Shown in pieces: positions 1-9,423 of a DNA stretch of 64,000 bases. Source of the stretch: Gammaproteobacteria bacterium (lineage in GTDB: Bacteria; Pseudomonadota; Gammaproteobacteria; Eutrophobiales; Eutrophobiaceae). The DNA is taken from NCBI GenBank assembly GCA_965221695.1, contig OZ244905.1, positions 832,001 to 896,000 on the forward strand, written 5' to 3'. Both the position numbers and the translations under genes were made by a program. Position 1 is the stretch's first letter; each line of letters begins with the position of its first letter. The notes under the pieces are model-generated. The model was given only the letters and a program-made list of their open reading frames with translations, made no database searches and was not told the DNA's origin.

Positions 1-7
1 AATTAAT

Positions 8-1282
8 TTACTCCGCAACGCGGCAGATCATCAGGATGGCCTGGATATAGATCCTGATAATATCCAGCATATCGCCGATATGGACTGCCTCGCCCTGTGA
101 GGTGGAGAAGCCGCCACCGCCGGTAGTGCGGATGCGGCCCGCCGACCCGTAATTCACCGTCGGTATGCCATAACGGTTCATGTGCGCGGCATCGCTGTAC
201 CAGGTTTCCATGCCCATCTTCGGCGCCTCGCCCAACTGGTCGGTATGCGCCCGGATGATCGTCTGTACCAGCTCGTGGTCGTCCGCGATGGAGGTGCCGG
301 GCGCGGAGAGGAAGATCTCCACCTTAACGCCGGCCAATTCCTCATTGGCGCTGGCTACATCCGCAATCAGCGCGCGCACCTCGTTATAGACCTGGACCGG
401 CAGCACACCGGGTATGGTCCTGACGTCCATATAAATGCAGCAGTTGTCCGGGGTGCGGGCGCCGCGCCAGGGCCAGCCGCCCTCGATCGCAGAGACGTTC
501 ACCCGGGGTTGGAAATCATCCACCTTATTGCGCTCGCAATAACCAGGGATCCAATCATGGATGGCGTCAAGGATCTTGCGCGACTTGTTGATCGCGTTGG
601 TCTCCATCTTGGACCAGGCGGTATGGATCAAGCGCCCCGGCACGGTGATCTTGAGCCAGGTGGTGCCGCAGTGGCGCGGGATCAGCATCATGTTGGTGGG
701 TTCACCCAGGATGCAGAAGTCGGCTACCGCGCCATGAGTAATCGCAAATTTGGTGCCGACGCCATAGCCCTGGTATTGCCTGCCCTCGAAATCGTTCACC
801 GGCGCCTTCTCTATCTCGCCGGCCACTCCTGCGATCACCACATCGCCGGCCAGCTTGATGCCGGCCTTGCGGATCGCCTCCGTAGCGACGATATAGGTTC
901 CCATCGCGCTCTTCATATTGAACGACCCCATGCCGTAGATCCATTCATTATCGACCAGCGTGGCTTTGCATTGATAACCGATGCCGCGATGGGCCTGCTC
1001 CGGGCCGAACGAGGTGTCCAGGTGGCCGTTGAACATCAGCGACTTGCCGCCGCCCTCCCCTTGCAAACGACCGATGGCATTGTAACGGTCGTCACCGATG
1101 GGCTGCAAGGTGGCGTCAAAACCCGCGCTGCCGAGAATCTCATGTAAGGCGCGGGCAACGCCTTCTTCCTCGCCGGTGGGACTGGGGATGTCCACCAGGT
1201 CCATCACCAGTTTTACCAGACGCTGCCGGTCGATGTGGTCGATGGCCTTGGCCAGCAGTTCCTTGTTCACTTCAGTATTCAT
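8..1282 (-). CDS. M20/ArgE-DapE family metallopeptidase/deacylase
   Basis: SLMFNGHLDT metal motif, IYGMGSFNMK, GEIE and GEPT motifs typical of ArgE/DapE-like enzymes. Confidence 0.85.
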   Translation of the reverse strand: MNTEVNKELLAKAIDHIDRQRLVKLVMDLVDIPSPTGEEEGVARALHEILGSAGFDATLQPIGDDRYNAIGRLQGEGGGKSLMFNGHLDTSFGPEQAHRGIGYQCKATLVDNEWIYGMGSFNMKSAMGTYIVATEAIRKAGIKLAGDVVIAGVAGEIEKAPVNDFEGRQYQGYGVGTKFAITHGAVADFCILGEPTNMMLIPRHCGTTWLKITVPGRLIHTAWSKMETNAINKSRKILDAIHDWIPGYCERNKVDDFQPRVNVSAIEGGWPWRGARTPDNCCIYMDVRTIPGVLPVQVYNEVRALIADVASANEELAGVKVEIFLSAPGTSIADDHELVQTIIRAHTDQLGEAPKMGMETWYSDAAHMNRYGIPTVNYGSAGRIRTTGGGGFSTSQGEAVHIGDMLDIIRIYIQAILMICRVAE

Positions 1283-1299
1283 TGTTCATGCCTTTATGA

Positions 1300-2217
1300 T
1301 TATATGATCCGGGTTGTTAAAGTCCCCAGTTTTGCTATGGTCGCTTCCACCGTATCGCCCGGTTGCAACCACCTGGGCGAGTCCATGCCCGCGGCAACGC
1401 CCGGAGGGCTGCCGCTGGTGATGACATCGCCAGGGTACAGGCCCATGTGCGACCACCAGGAGACCAGTTCCGCGGTCTTGTAATGCATCTGTCCGGTATT
1501 GGCATGCTGACGCACCTCGCCGTTGACGCGCAGCGTCATGTCAAGGTCATGGGGGTCATCCAGCTCGTCCAGTGTGACCAACCAAGGCCCCAGGGGACAG
1601 GAACCCTTGAAGCTCTTGCCCATAAGGATGACCTTGTTCGAATGTTCCCGCGCCTGGATATCCCGGGCGGACAAGTCATTGAAGATGGTGTAACCCGCCA
1701 CATAATCGAAGGCTTCTTCAACGCCGACCCGGTAGGCTTCTTTGCCGATGATAATAGCGATCTCGATCTCGTAATCCAGTTGCCGGGTGAACACCGGCAC
1801 CTCGACTCCGGCGCCGCTGGGCGCTACCGACGACGGCGCTTCCAGGAACCCGGTTGGGTGCTCGAAATGGAAATCGCCCCAGTTGTGGGACTCCCATTCC
1901 GGGTCGTTCCAGGTGGTCAGTTCTTCCAAATGGGAGTCAAAGTTGCAGGAAGTATGCACAATCTTGCCGGGCAACGGCGCCGGCGCTTGCAAGGTAATTT
2001 GCTCTTCCGTATAACCATGCTCGCCGCCCTTGTCCCCATGCTTGGCCAGCAGGCTGCGGGCCTGGTCCATCTTGGCATCGCCGCCCTTGAGGAACTCGAT
2101 CATATCCGCCGGCAACAAGCCATCGGACAGGGTGGCGAGGTCCACGTAGACACCATTATGGTACGTCCCAATAGTGCGTTTTCCGTTGCTGTTAATATCA
2201 AATGTCGCTAATTTCAT
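1300..2217 (-). CDS. Fumarylacetoacetate hydrolase family protein
   Basis: LDYEIEIA, NDLSARDIQ, GKSF..CPLGPW and PGDVITSGSP motifs. Confidence 0.9.
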   Translation of the reverse strand: MKLATFDINSNGKRTIGTYHNGVYVDLATLSDGLLPADMIEFLKGGDAKMDQARSLLAKHGDKGGEHGYTEEQITLQAPAPLPGKIVHTSCNFDSHLEELTTWNDPEWESHNWGDFHFEHPTGFLEAPSSVAPSGAGVEVPVFTRQLDYEIEIAIIIGKEAYRVGVEEAFDYVAGYTIFNDLSARDIQAREHSNKVILMGKSFKGSCPLGPWLVTLDELDDPHDLDMTLRVNGEVRQHANTGQMHYKTAELVSWWSHMGLYPGDVITSGSPPGVAAGMDSPRWLQPGDTVEATIAKLGTLTTRII

Positions 2218-2239
2218 GGTTTTTCCTCGAACCTGAGAA

Positions 2240-3325
2240 TTATTGCGCTGATCTGAGATGGGGTACGACCTCCTCTCCCATCAGGCGGATCGTTTCCAGG
2301 TTGTCGGCCTCATTTGCGCCGACCACCTCCAGCAACGGCAGGTTCAGTCCCGCATCCACCAGTTCCTGGGTGATCTCGAGGCAGTCCTCCGGGGTGCCGG
2401 AGATCACGGTAAACTTGCGCATCATCTCATCGGTCACGTACTGGGTGACATGGTCTTGTGTGCCTTCGGCAATGGCCTGGCGGAACGGGTCCCAGGCTGA
2501 GTCCGGCAGGCCCGAACCGGCCAGGATCACGTCATTCTTGATATTCCTGATCTTGTTCACGATATAGGTTCCCGTATACGGGCGGGTCGCGTCCCGCGCC
2601 TTGTCACCATCCCGGGAACAGGCGCAGAGGATCACGCCACCTACCGGAAAATCAGGCGCCAGAGATCGGCCCGCTTTCTCGGCCCCGGCCTTCATGTTCT
2701 CCCGTGCGTACTTGACGAATGCGGGCGAAGTCAGCCCTGCCAGCAGCATTCCATCGCTTTCGCGACCCGAGAGTTTCTGCATGAACGGCCCGGTAGCGCC
2801 CACGTAAATGGGAATTTCGGTACGTAAACCGGCGCCGGCCCGGTCGAACGCGGGCATGGATGATTCGAAATATTTACCCTTGTAGTCGTATGCTTCTCCG
2901 GCGAACACTTTGCGCATGATCTCTATGGATTCATGGTGGATACCGACCGGCCGGAGCTGCTCGATGTCATATTCGAGGTACTCAATACCCACCTTGCCTA
3001 CGCCGATACCCATGATGAAGCGTCCACCGGACAACTCGTCTATGCCCGCCGCCTCGGACGCCTGGATGGTGGGATGGCGCATGTAAGGCGAGGTGATGCC
3101 CAGCCCTATGGGGATTCGTTGTGTCGCCATGCTGACCGCCGCCAGAGTAGTGAAACAACCCCGGGCCTCCAGGCCGTACTGGCGAAACCAGTGGTAGGCC
3201 TCGGCAATCCAGAACCCACCCATCAGGTTGGACGCCTCAGTCTGGCGCGCATACGCCTGCATGGATGTCAGCGGTTCATAGGATTTGAAGATCACCCCAA
3301 CTCCGGGGTTCGCGGGCACACTCAT
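2240..3325 (-). CDS. LLM-class (luciferase-like) flavin/F420-dependent oxidoreductase
   Basis: WIAEAYH, IPIGLGITSPYMRHP, DELSGGRFIMGIG, IPIYVGATGP; start moved to ATG 3325, which has AGGAGA upstream. Confidence 0.85.
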   Translation of the reverse strand: MSVPANPGVGVIFKSYEPLTSMQAYARQTEASNLMGGFWIAEAYHWFRQYGLEARGCFTTLAAVSMATQRIPIGLGITSPYMRHPTIQASEAAGIDELSGGRFIMGIGVGKVGIEYLEYDIEQLRPVGIHHESIEIMRKVFAGEAYDYKGKYFESSMPAFDRAGAGLRTEIPIYVGATGPFMQKLSGRESDGMLLAGLTSPAFVKYARENMKAGAEKAGRSLAPDFPVGGVILCACSRDGDKARDATRPYTGTYIVNKIRNIKNDVILAGSGLPDSAWDPFRQAIAEGTQDHVTQYVTDEMMRKFTVISGTPEDCLEITQELVDAGLNLPLLEVVGANEADNLETIRLMGEEVVPHLRSAQ

Positions 3326-3420
3326 TATTCTTTTTCTCCTGAAATCGTTGGTCGGACTATCTAAGACCACCTTGCGGCGGCCTGTCATGCCGATACTATA
3401 CCAGAATTCAGGTTGCCCGG

Positions 3421-5616
3421 TTAAAACCGATGCGTCCACACCAGGCGGGCAAACAGCTCGGTCTCATCACTCTTGTATGAACCGTTGTCCCTGGACCAGT
3501 CATGGTTGAGCGTCAGCGTCAGTTCATTGCCCGGCACGATAATCCAGCGCAACTGGCTTTGCAGCGTCATAACATGGGTCTCCGACTCTTGTTGCAGGTA
3601 ATTGGTCCAGGACAAGGTCGGCGTGAAGTTGATATTGAAACGAGCGCGGTTAATCTCAAACTCGAAATCGCCCACCGGCAGATCGATGTCGAACACCCTA
3701 CGTTCCAGGGTGAGATAAAAATGAGGCGTTGGCCGCCAGCGCAAAATCGTATGAACATCAATAATGTCACCATTATAAAATTCACCGATCTTATATTTTA
3801 CTTCCGTGGCAACAGGCCGGTGGCTTGCCGTCACCAGTTTGCCCCATAAAAAGTAGAAATCGTAATCGCCGCTGGGGATAATCACGCCGGGTTGGATTTC
3901 AAAAGGCTCAAACAGAGTTTCATGCTGCCAATTGCCCCAGAATTGAAACTGGTCGCCATGATGACTTTCCAAGTCAAAAAACCGCAGGTACACGTGAGCG
4001 CTCTCAAGCTCGTTGTCCATCGTCGTCGTGAATGACGATTCAAAACCCCAGTTGATCATTCTCAGCAGGCGGTTATCTTCTGGCCTGATCCGGTAGCGTA
4101 AATCGCCTTCATATTTTCTGATGCCTGAGCGGTTGACAAAACCAATAGCCGGGTTAAAATTTTCCTGAATTTCCTGGTATCTCACCCTGGCATTCCAACG
4201 GTCATTGGGGAAGTCCAGTGTGATCCCATAGGACCACTCATCATTGTCGATGCCTTCGCTGAATGATTTCATGGCATAGACATCGGCCACAAACACCTGG
4301 GAACCGAACAAGCTGCTGTTGCGGTAGCGGTAATCAATGCCGGCGACGCCGTTGTCATTATCGCTTACAGGGTTACCATAGGTCATCATGGCGCCGATCC
4401 GGGATTCGGCCTGGATATCCCCGGCAATTCTCGCCACCGACAGGTTTGTTGAACTGATGCCCTGACCGCCAGCCAACTGCGTGTTCAACAGGCCCATGGT
4501 ATAGCGTCCGACCCGACCGCTTAGCTTGGCGCCGATATCAATGTCAAGAGGTTCCGGGTTTTCCTTGTCGAAAGGGAGTCCGATACGTCTTGAGAAAAAC
4601 GGAATGCCGTTTACCTCCTTAAGGCCGCCAAACTCGAAGATGTCCGCGTCACGGACGAAAAAATCGCGCTGCTCCGGAAAAAACAGGTTGAAGCGGGTCA
4701 GGTTGGTCTTGATATCATCCACCACTGCATTGGAAAAATCCGGGTTGATGACCAGCGACCCGTTCAGCGAGGGCTTGAGCTTGTATATGACTTCCGCGCC
4801 CGGCTTGATGGTGAGATCATTGTCATCGCTGTCAAAGCGGCGGCGGTAACGGGTTGCTAACTGGGGTTTTATGTCCAGTCCTCGCCCCTGGTTGAGATTC
4901 TCAAGACCCAACAAATCCCCGAAGGCGGCCACGTAAGTTAAATTCTTGTCCTGATCATGGTTGGCCCATAATGCGAATTCATTGCGCCGCCTGATATAAC
5001 GTTCCAACTCCAGCCCCCAGGCCGGCGCCTCGGCATCCATGGACAAGGTCTTGAAAGGGATGGCAAATTCAGCAACCCAGCCGGTTTCGTTCCGGCTTGC
5101 GGCGCCGTGCCAGATGCCATCCCATTCCAGGCGGAATGATGAGTTGTTCTCAATGCGACCATCACCTTTCGTGCCCAGGGCATTCATATAAAACATGAAC
5201 GCATTCTTTCGGTCCAGAAGGGAATCAATCGCAATGGTAAAGATGTCGTCATTCAACATCTCCTCATCTTCCCGCAGTTCCATGGCAACGATGGCGTCCG
5301 GATTGCGGTCATGAAGACGCACACCGACGTACAGCATGGCGCGATCATAGGCCAGGTAAGCTTCCGTCACTTCGCTGACGGGCGCCCCTTCAATAGGCAC
5401 GCGCTGGTAGAACTCCGTTACCAGGGTTGCATCCTTCCACGCCGCATCATCCAGCGCGCCATCAATGACCGGCGCCTTGTCTATCCTCTGAATGTGGATT
5501 TGTGGTTCATTGGCATGGCTGGAAGTCGCTGCAGTAGACAGGATCAACAGCAACAGCCAATGATTCGGATTGAATGAAATCCCGCTGGCGCCAAGTAATG
5601 GATATTTGTTATGCAA
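3421..5616 (-). CDS. Exported CBM9-like/DUF5916 beta-barrel protein
   Basis: Signal peptide, APVIDGALDDAAW and GWVAEFAIPF (CBM9-like), NPDFS..NLTRFNLFFPEQRDFF, C-terminal F. Confidence 0.75.
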   Translation of the reverse strand: MHNKYPLLGASGISFNPNHWLLLLILSTAATSSHANEPQIHIQRIDKAPVIDGALDDAAWKDATLVTEFYQRVPIEGAPVSEVTEAYLAYDRAMLYVGVRLHDRNPDAIVAMELREDEEMLNDDIFTIAIDSLLDRKNAFMFYMNALGTKGDGRIENNSSFRLEWDGIWHGAASRNETGWVAEFAIPFKTLSMDAEAPAWGLELERYIRRRNEFALWANHDQDKNLTYVAAFGDLLGLENLNQGRGLDIKPQLATRYRRRFDSDDNDLTIKPGAEVIYKLKPSLNGSLVINPDFSNAVVDDIKTNLTRFNLFFPEQRDFFVRDADIFEFGGLKEVNGIPFFSRRIGLPFDKENPEPLDIDIGAKLSGRVGRYTMGLLNTQLAGGQGISSTNLSVARIAGDIQAESRIGAMMTYGNPVSDNDNGVAGIDYRYRNSSLFGSQVFVADVYAMKSFSEGIDNDEWSYGITLDFPNDRWNARVRYQEIQENFNPAIGFVNRSGIRKYEGDLRYRIRPEDNRLLRMINWGFESSFTTTMDNELESAHVYLRFFDLESHHGDQFQFWGNWQHETLFEPFEIQPGVIIPSGDYDFYFLWGKLVTASHRPVATEVKYKIGEFYNGDIIDVHTILRWRPTPHFYLTLERRVFDIDLPVGDFEFEINRARFNINFTPTLSWTNYLQQESETHVMTLQSQLRWIIVPGNELTLTLNHDWSRDNGSYKSDETELFARLVWTHRF

Positions 5617-5744
5617 GTCGTCTGATAATGTGTAATCAGGCTTCTGGCAATTTTAGCATGAGGCCGGATGTTATGATATTGACATTCACATCCGGCAACA
5701 GCGCTTGCCCGTTAGCAAGAAAGCCAGGTAATGGGAAACGCGGG

Positions 5745-6884
5745 CTAAGACATGACTCGAGCGGCGCTTTCGAGCAACCGGCCCGGAGCCAGTTGCCTGA
5801 GCAAATCGTCCCCGATGCCTGCGCGCTCCAGTGGCGATTCGCCGGTGATCAAAGCGGTTGCCAGTCTTGCCATGCCGGGAGAGGTCTGCACGCCGTAGCC
5901 GCCCTGCCCTGCCAGCCAGAAAAAACCCTCCGTGCGGGGGTCGAAACCGACTACGAAGGTCTTGTCCGGCGCGAAAGTCCGCAGACCTGCCCAGCGGTGG
6001 GACACGCGCGACACCGTCAGGCCTGTTGCGGTTTCAAACCGATCCACCGCCAGGGCGACATCCAGTTCCTCCGGTTGGGCGTCACAGGGAGAGCTGGGTG
6101 TCTCATCCGCCGGCGACAGCAGCAAGGCGCCGGCATCCGGCTTGAAATAGAACTCCTCCTCCACATTGACCATCAGCGGCCAGTCGGTGATATCATGTCC
6201 TTCGGGAGCATCAATCAGGATGGCCGTACGGCGTTTCGGCTGCAAACCGAGCGCATCCAGTCCCGCCAGGCGCGCGACCTCATCCACCCAGGCGCCGGCG
6301 GCGTTGATGACCAGCGGCGCGCTCAGTGTTTCATCCCCGGCGACGACTTTCCACACGCCATTGCTGCGGGACAAACCGCGGACTTCGTGGCCGGAGTACA
6401 ATTTCCCGCCGCGATCGCGCAGGCGTCGCAGGAATCCCTGCAATATGGCATCTACATCCAGGTCGCCGCCGGTGTTATCCAGCAATCCTCCTTGCAGGTA
6501 ACCGGGCAGGATGACCGGGACCCGTTCCCGCACTTGTTCGGGGTCGAGCCTTTGCAGGAAGGGGACTTCGTCCTGCAACGCTGTCATGGCTGCGCGTTGG
6601 TCCGGCCGGCCGAAAAAGATGTAGGAACGAGGTCGCAGCAGCGGGATATCGGAAAATCCCCGGGGTGGCGAACGGTAGAAGGGTTCACTGGCGGCCGTGA
6701 CCGCGCGCACCGCGGCATTGCCATACGAAACTGCGAAAAACGCGGCGGAACGGCCGGTGGCATGGTAACCGGGCTGCGGCTCCCGCTCCAGAACAATAAC
6801 GCGCTTCGTCGACGCCAGTTCGGAGGCCGCGGAAACACCGGCGATACCGGCGCCGATGACGATGATATCCGCGCTTACAGCCAT
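5745..6884 (-). CDS. dauA: FAD-dependent D-amino acid dehydrogenase, DauA-like
   Basis: GAGIAG, EREPQPGYHATGRSAA, LQPKRR, FKPDAG, WAGLR and GQGGYGVQTS closely follow Pseudomonas DauA as I recall it. Confidence 0.7.
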   Translation of the reverse strand: MAVSADIIVIGAGIAGVSAASELASTKRVIVLEREPQPGYHATGRSAAFFAVSYGNAAVRAVTAASEPFYRSPPRGFSDIPLLRPRSYIFFGRPDQRAAMTALQDEVPFLQRLDPEQVRERVPVILPGYLQGGLLDNTGGDLDVDAILQGFLRRLRDRGGKLYSGHEVRGLSRSNGVWKVVAGDETLSAPLVINAAGAWVDEVARLAGLDALGLQPKRRTAILIDAPEGHDITDWPLMVNVEEEFYFKPDAGALLLSPADETPSSPCDAQPEELDVALAVDRFETATGLTVSRVSHRWAGLRTFAPDKTFVVGFDPRTEGFFWLAGQGGYGVQTSPGMARLATALITGESPLERAGIGDDLLRQLAPGRLLESAARVMS

Positions 6885-7236
6885 ATCAAGCTGCCGGATT
6901 GGTTATATCGGGTATAGCGTGTCAAAAGCGTATTTTCCGCAGCGGGGCCATATAAGCAGCCATATACACTACTCATATGAAAAGCTGGTGGTATATCATT
7001 GCCGTTGTGAGTTGTTCTGCACACCGAGAGTTGAATTGTGTTCCGTTCAGTAGCGGCATGGATTTGGTATACCATTATCATACTCCGTTGCGATACCGAA
7101 ATTGTCTGTGTAACGGTCGGCGTAAGCCAACCTGTGTAGTATCCTTTTACACAGGCAAACCGTCTACCCTTGACATGTCGTTACCCCATCGTGTTTCATA
7201 CACATCCTAACATACGGTTAACCCCTTATCGACCCG

Positions 7237-8199
7237 ATGACTCCCCCTGACTACCATGATGTAACCAAAGCCCGCGAGCAGGTATATCAATACTTGCGTC
7301 CTACCCTGCTGAATGAATGGCCGCTGTTGAGACAGCGGTTCGGTTTCCGCTACCTGCTCAAACACGAAAACCACCAGCCCACCGGGGCGTTCAAGGTGCG
7401 TGGCGGCGTCAACCTGCTGAGCCGCCTGTCCGAAGATCAGAAACAGCGAGGCATCATCAGTTGCACCACCGGCAACCACGGACAGTCATTGGCCTATGCC
7501 GCGCGCCGCTTCGGCATTGCCTGCGTCCTGGTCGTGCCGGAAAACAACAATCCGGGGAAGAATCAGTCCATGCGGGCGCTAGGCGCGGACCTGATCGAAC
7601 ATGGCAAGGATTTCGACGAAGCAAAGAATTATTGTGAACGCCTGGCGCAGGAACAAGGGCTGCGTTACGTGCATTCCGCCAATGAACCCCTTCTGATCGC
7701 CGGGGTCGGCTCTATGGCTGACGAGGTATTCGACCAGGAGCCGGCGCCGGATGTAGTGATTGTCCCTATCGGTCTGGGCAGCGGCATCTGTGGCACGGCT
7801 ATCGTCGCGGCAGAACGCAATCCTGCAACAAAGGTCATAGGCGTGCAATCTGTGGGAGCGCCGGCAGTAACAGAGTCTTTCAAGCGCGGCAAAAACGTGA
7901 AATACGATTCGGTGGACACCATCGCCGAGGGCCTGGCCACCCGGGCGCCGTCAGACATAACGTTGGAGATCATGCGCCGGCTGGTAAGCGATATCGTTCT
8001 GGTCACAGATGAGGAAATCAAACAGGCTATGGCCTGGCTGCTGGAAACCACCCACAACCTGGCCGAACCGTCCGGCGCCGCGGCTACCGCGGCTGCATGG
8101 AAGCTGCGCGACCACTTTAAAGGTAAGACGGTTGTCGGCATCCTGTCCGGCGGCAATTGCAATATGCGCTTGCTGGCAGAAGTCTGTAAGGGTATTTAA
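7237..8199 (+). CDS. PLP-dependent threonine/serine dehydratase
   Basis: KHENHQPTGAFKVRGG (PLP lysine), TTGNHG, PIGLGSG, LSGGN. Confidence 0.9.
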   Translation: MTPPDYHDVTKAREQVYQYLRPTLLNEWPLLRQRFGFRYLLKHENHQPTGAFKVRGGVNLLSRLSEDQKQRGIISCTTGNHGQSLAYAARRFGIACVLVVPENNNPGKNQSMRALGADLIEHGKDFDEAKNYCERLAQEQGLRYVHSANEPLLIAGVGSMADEVFDQEPAPDVVIVPIGLGSGICGTAIVAAERNPATKVIGVQSVGAPAVTESFKRGKNVKYDSVDTIAEGLATRAPSDITLEIMRRLVSDIVLVTDEEIKQAMAWLLETTHNLAEPSGAAATAAAWKLRDHFKGKTVVGILSGGNCNMRLLAEVCKGI

Positions 8200-8230
8200 G
8201 GAAGCTCTGACTTAATCAGAGGTTCCTTAA
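8196..8230. repeat. Short palindrome of the TAAGGAAGCTCTGA MITE-end family
   Basis: ttaaggaagctctgacttaatcagaggttccttaa; same family at 18601-18758, 40335-40367 and a half copy at 51024-51040. Confidence 0.8.
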
Positions 8231-8321
8231 CCGTGCCACTCCCGCCCCTGCTCAACTCCATACAGGGGCAGGCTGAAAAGCGGGAGTCCAGTCTATTACT
8301 GTGTCGCCCGCAGGGCGACTC
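8231..8321. repeat. REP/dRS3-like palindrome cluster with a nested loop insert
   Basis: actcccgc[29-nt insert]gaaaagcgggagtccag followed by gtcgcccgcagggcgac hairpin. Confidence 0.85.
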
Positions 8322-8327
8322 TTTAAT

Positions 8328-8657
8328 CTACGGGTGTCCTGTTTTATTCCGGAGATATGAACGCGGCTGAATTTTTTTCAGCAAGTCCATATCCATAATC
8401 CACATACAGAGCAGCAGGCGGGTACCGGGTTGCAGGCTGTTGGCGAAGTTCATCTGGGCGGCAGGCTTGTCCTGCAAGGACTTGAGTGTCTTGATGCCGT
8501 CGGCGATAGATGCCACGATTTCATCGCCAAGGTTCAGGTCAGCAATATCCAGTTGCTCGGCGTGCTCTACCGTTTCCTGGCCAAACAGAAAAGCGAGCTC
8601 AGCGCGCGCCTGTTCATGATCTTCCCTGGACCGGGTAAAATCATCGTCAGCACGCAT
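8328..8657 (-). CDS. Hypothetical protein (109 aa)
   Basis: Only coherent ORF in the interval; acidic and helical-looking; no family recognised. Confidence 0.55.
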   Translation of the reverse strand: MRADDDFTRSREDHEQARAELAFLFGQETVEHAEQLDIADLNLGDEIVASIADGIKTLKSLQDKPAAQMNFANSLQPGTRLLLCMWIMDMDLLKKIQPRSYLRNKTGHP

Positions 8658-8693
8658 CTGAGCAAAGCATTCGAGTCATGAAAACCGTTTTTC

Positions 8694-8863
8694 AGCCAGT
8701 CCGGCGCCGGAGCGCAGAACTCTTTGAGTAAACCGGAGACTCCTACGCTACAGCGGCGCGCCGTCAAAATCAATGACTTTAGGAGCCTCGGCTTCAAGGT
8801 GAATGTATACTTTTATCTTACCGCTTACCCCGGGAGCCCGGCGCACTTTGAGCCGGACAAGCT
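8694..8863 (-). ncRNA. Candidate ~170-nt rod-like ncRNA, 6S RNA-like
   Basis: Nested pairings on the minus strand with G-U pairs (gtccggc/gccggac, gggctc/gagttc, gggtaagc/gtttactc, gaggctccta/taggagtctc); AU-rich bulge containing ACAUUCACCUUGAA; upstream sigma70-like promoter. Confidence 0.55.
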
Positions 8864-8880
8864 TGTTCAGCGCTTGTTGT

Positions 8881-8909
8881 AAGATATAATCATCACGAAC
8901 GACCGGCAA
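8881..8909 (-). promoter_or_regulatory. Putative sigma70 promoter for the ncRNA
   Basis: TTGCCG-N17-TATCTT on the minus strand; overlaps a divergent TTGTTC-N16-TATAAT (8863-8890) upstream of the PTPS gene. Confidence 0.45.
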
Positions 8910-8919
8910 ATGTTTCCGT

Positions 8920-9423
8920 ATGACGATGACCCCAGAGACTACCATTGAAATCAGCAAGGAAGACCTGAAGTTTTCCGCCGCCCATTTCACGATCTTCTCG
9001 GCCACGGAGCGTGAGCGGCTGCATGGCCACAACTTCGGAGTCTACGTATCTGTTACCGCGCCGGTGGGCGAGAACGGCATGTGCTTTAATTATGCAGAGT
9101 TGAAATCCCGGCTCAGGGCATTATGCGTAGAACTGGACGAATATACGCTGTTGCCGGCGCATTCCCCATACCTGGAGATCACCGAGAACGACGGGCAGTA
9201 TGTCATCGGCTTTAACGACGAAACCCTGTACTTCTCCAAGCGGGACACAAAACTGTTGCCGTTGCGGAACACCACTGTGGAGGAGTATTCACATTATCTG
9301 CTGTCCCGCCTGGTGCAGGACAAAGCGTTTTTTGGTCCTGACAGAGTCAGGGCGATCATTCTGAAGGTATCATCGGGGCCGGGACAATGGGGTTCAGCCA
9401 GTTGGGAGGCGGCAGAAGCATGA
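8920..9423 (+). CDS. 6-pyruvoyl-tetrahydropterin synthase/QueD family protein with a PTPS-III-type ExxHGH motif
   Basis: FSAAHF, ERLHGHNF, NTTVEE; no Cys before HGH. Confidence 0.85.
   Translation: MTMTPETTIEISKEDLKFSAAHFTIFSATERERLHGHNFGVYVSVTAPVGENGMCFNYAELKSRLRALCVELDEYTLLPAHSPYLEITENDGQYVIGFNDETLYFSKRDTKLLPLRNTTVEEYSHYLLSRLVQDKAFFGPDRVRAIILKVSSGPGQWGSASWEAAEA

Noticed and set aside
5574-6917. 447-aa plus-strand ORF and similar long shadow ORFs (182-1147, 1363-2211, 26850-28148, 49135-50193, 54124-55227)
   Set aside because: They overlap well-supported genes, have no motifs, and are expected in GC-rich DNA
6885-7236. Short ORFs and a cctgtgta..tacacagg inverted repeat in a divergent spacer
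   Set aside because: ORFs lack RBS and motif support; the repeat is probably an ordinary operator but cannot be assigned
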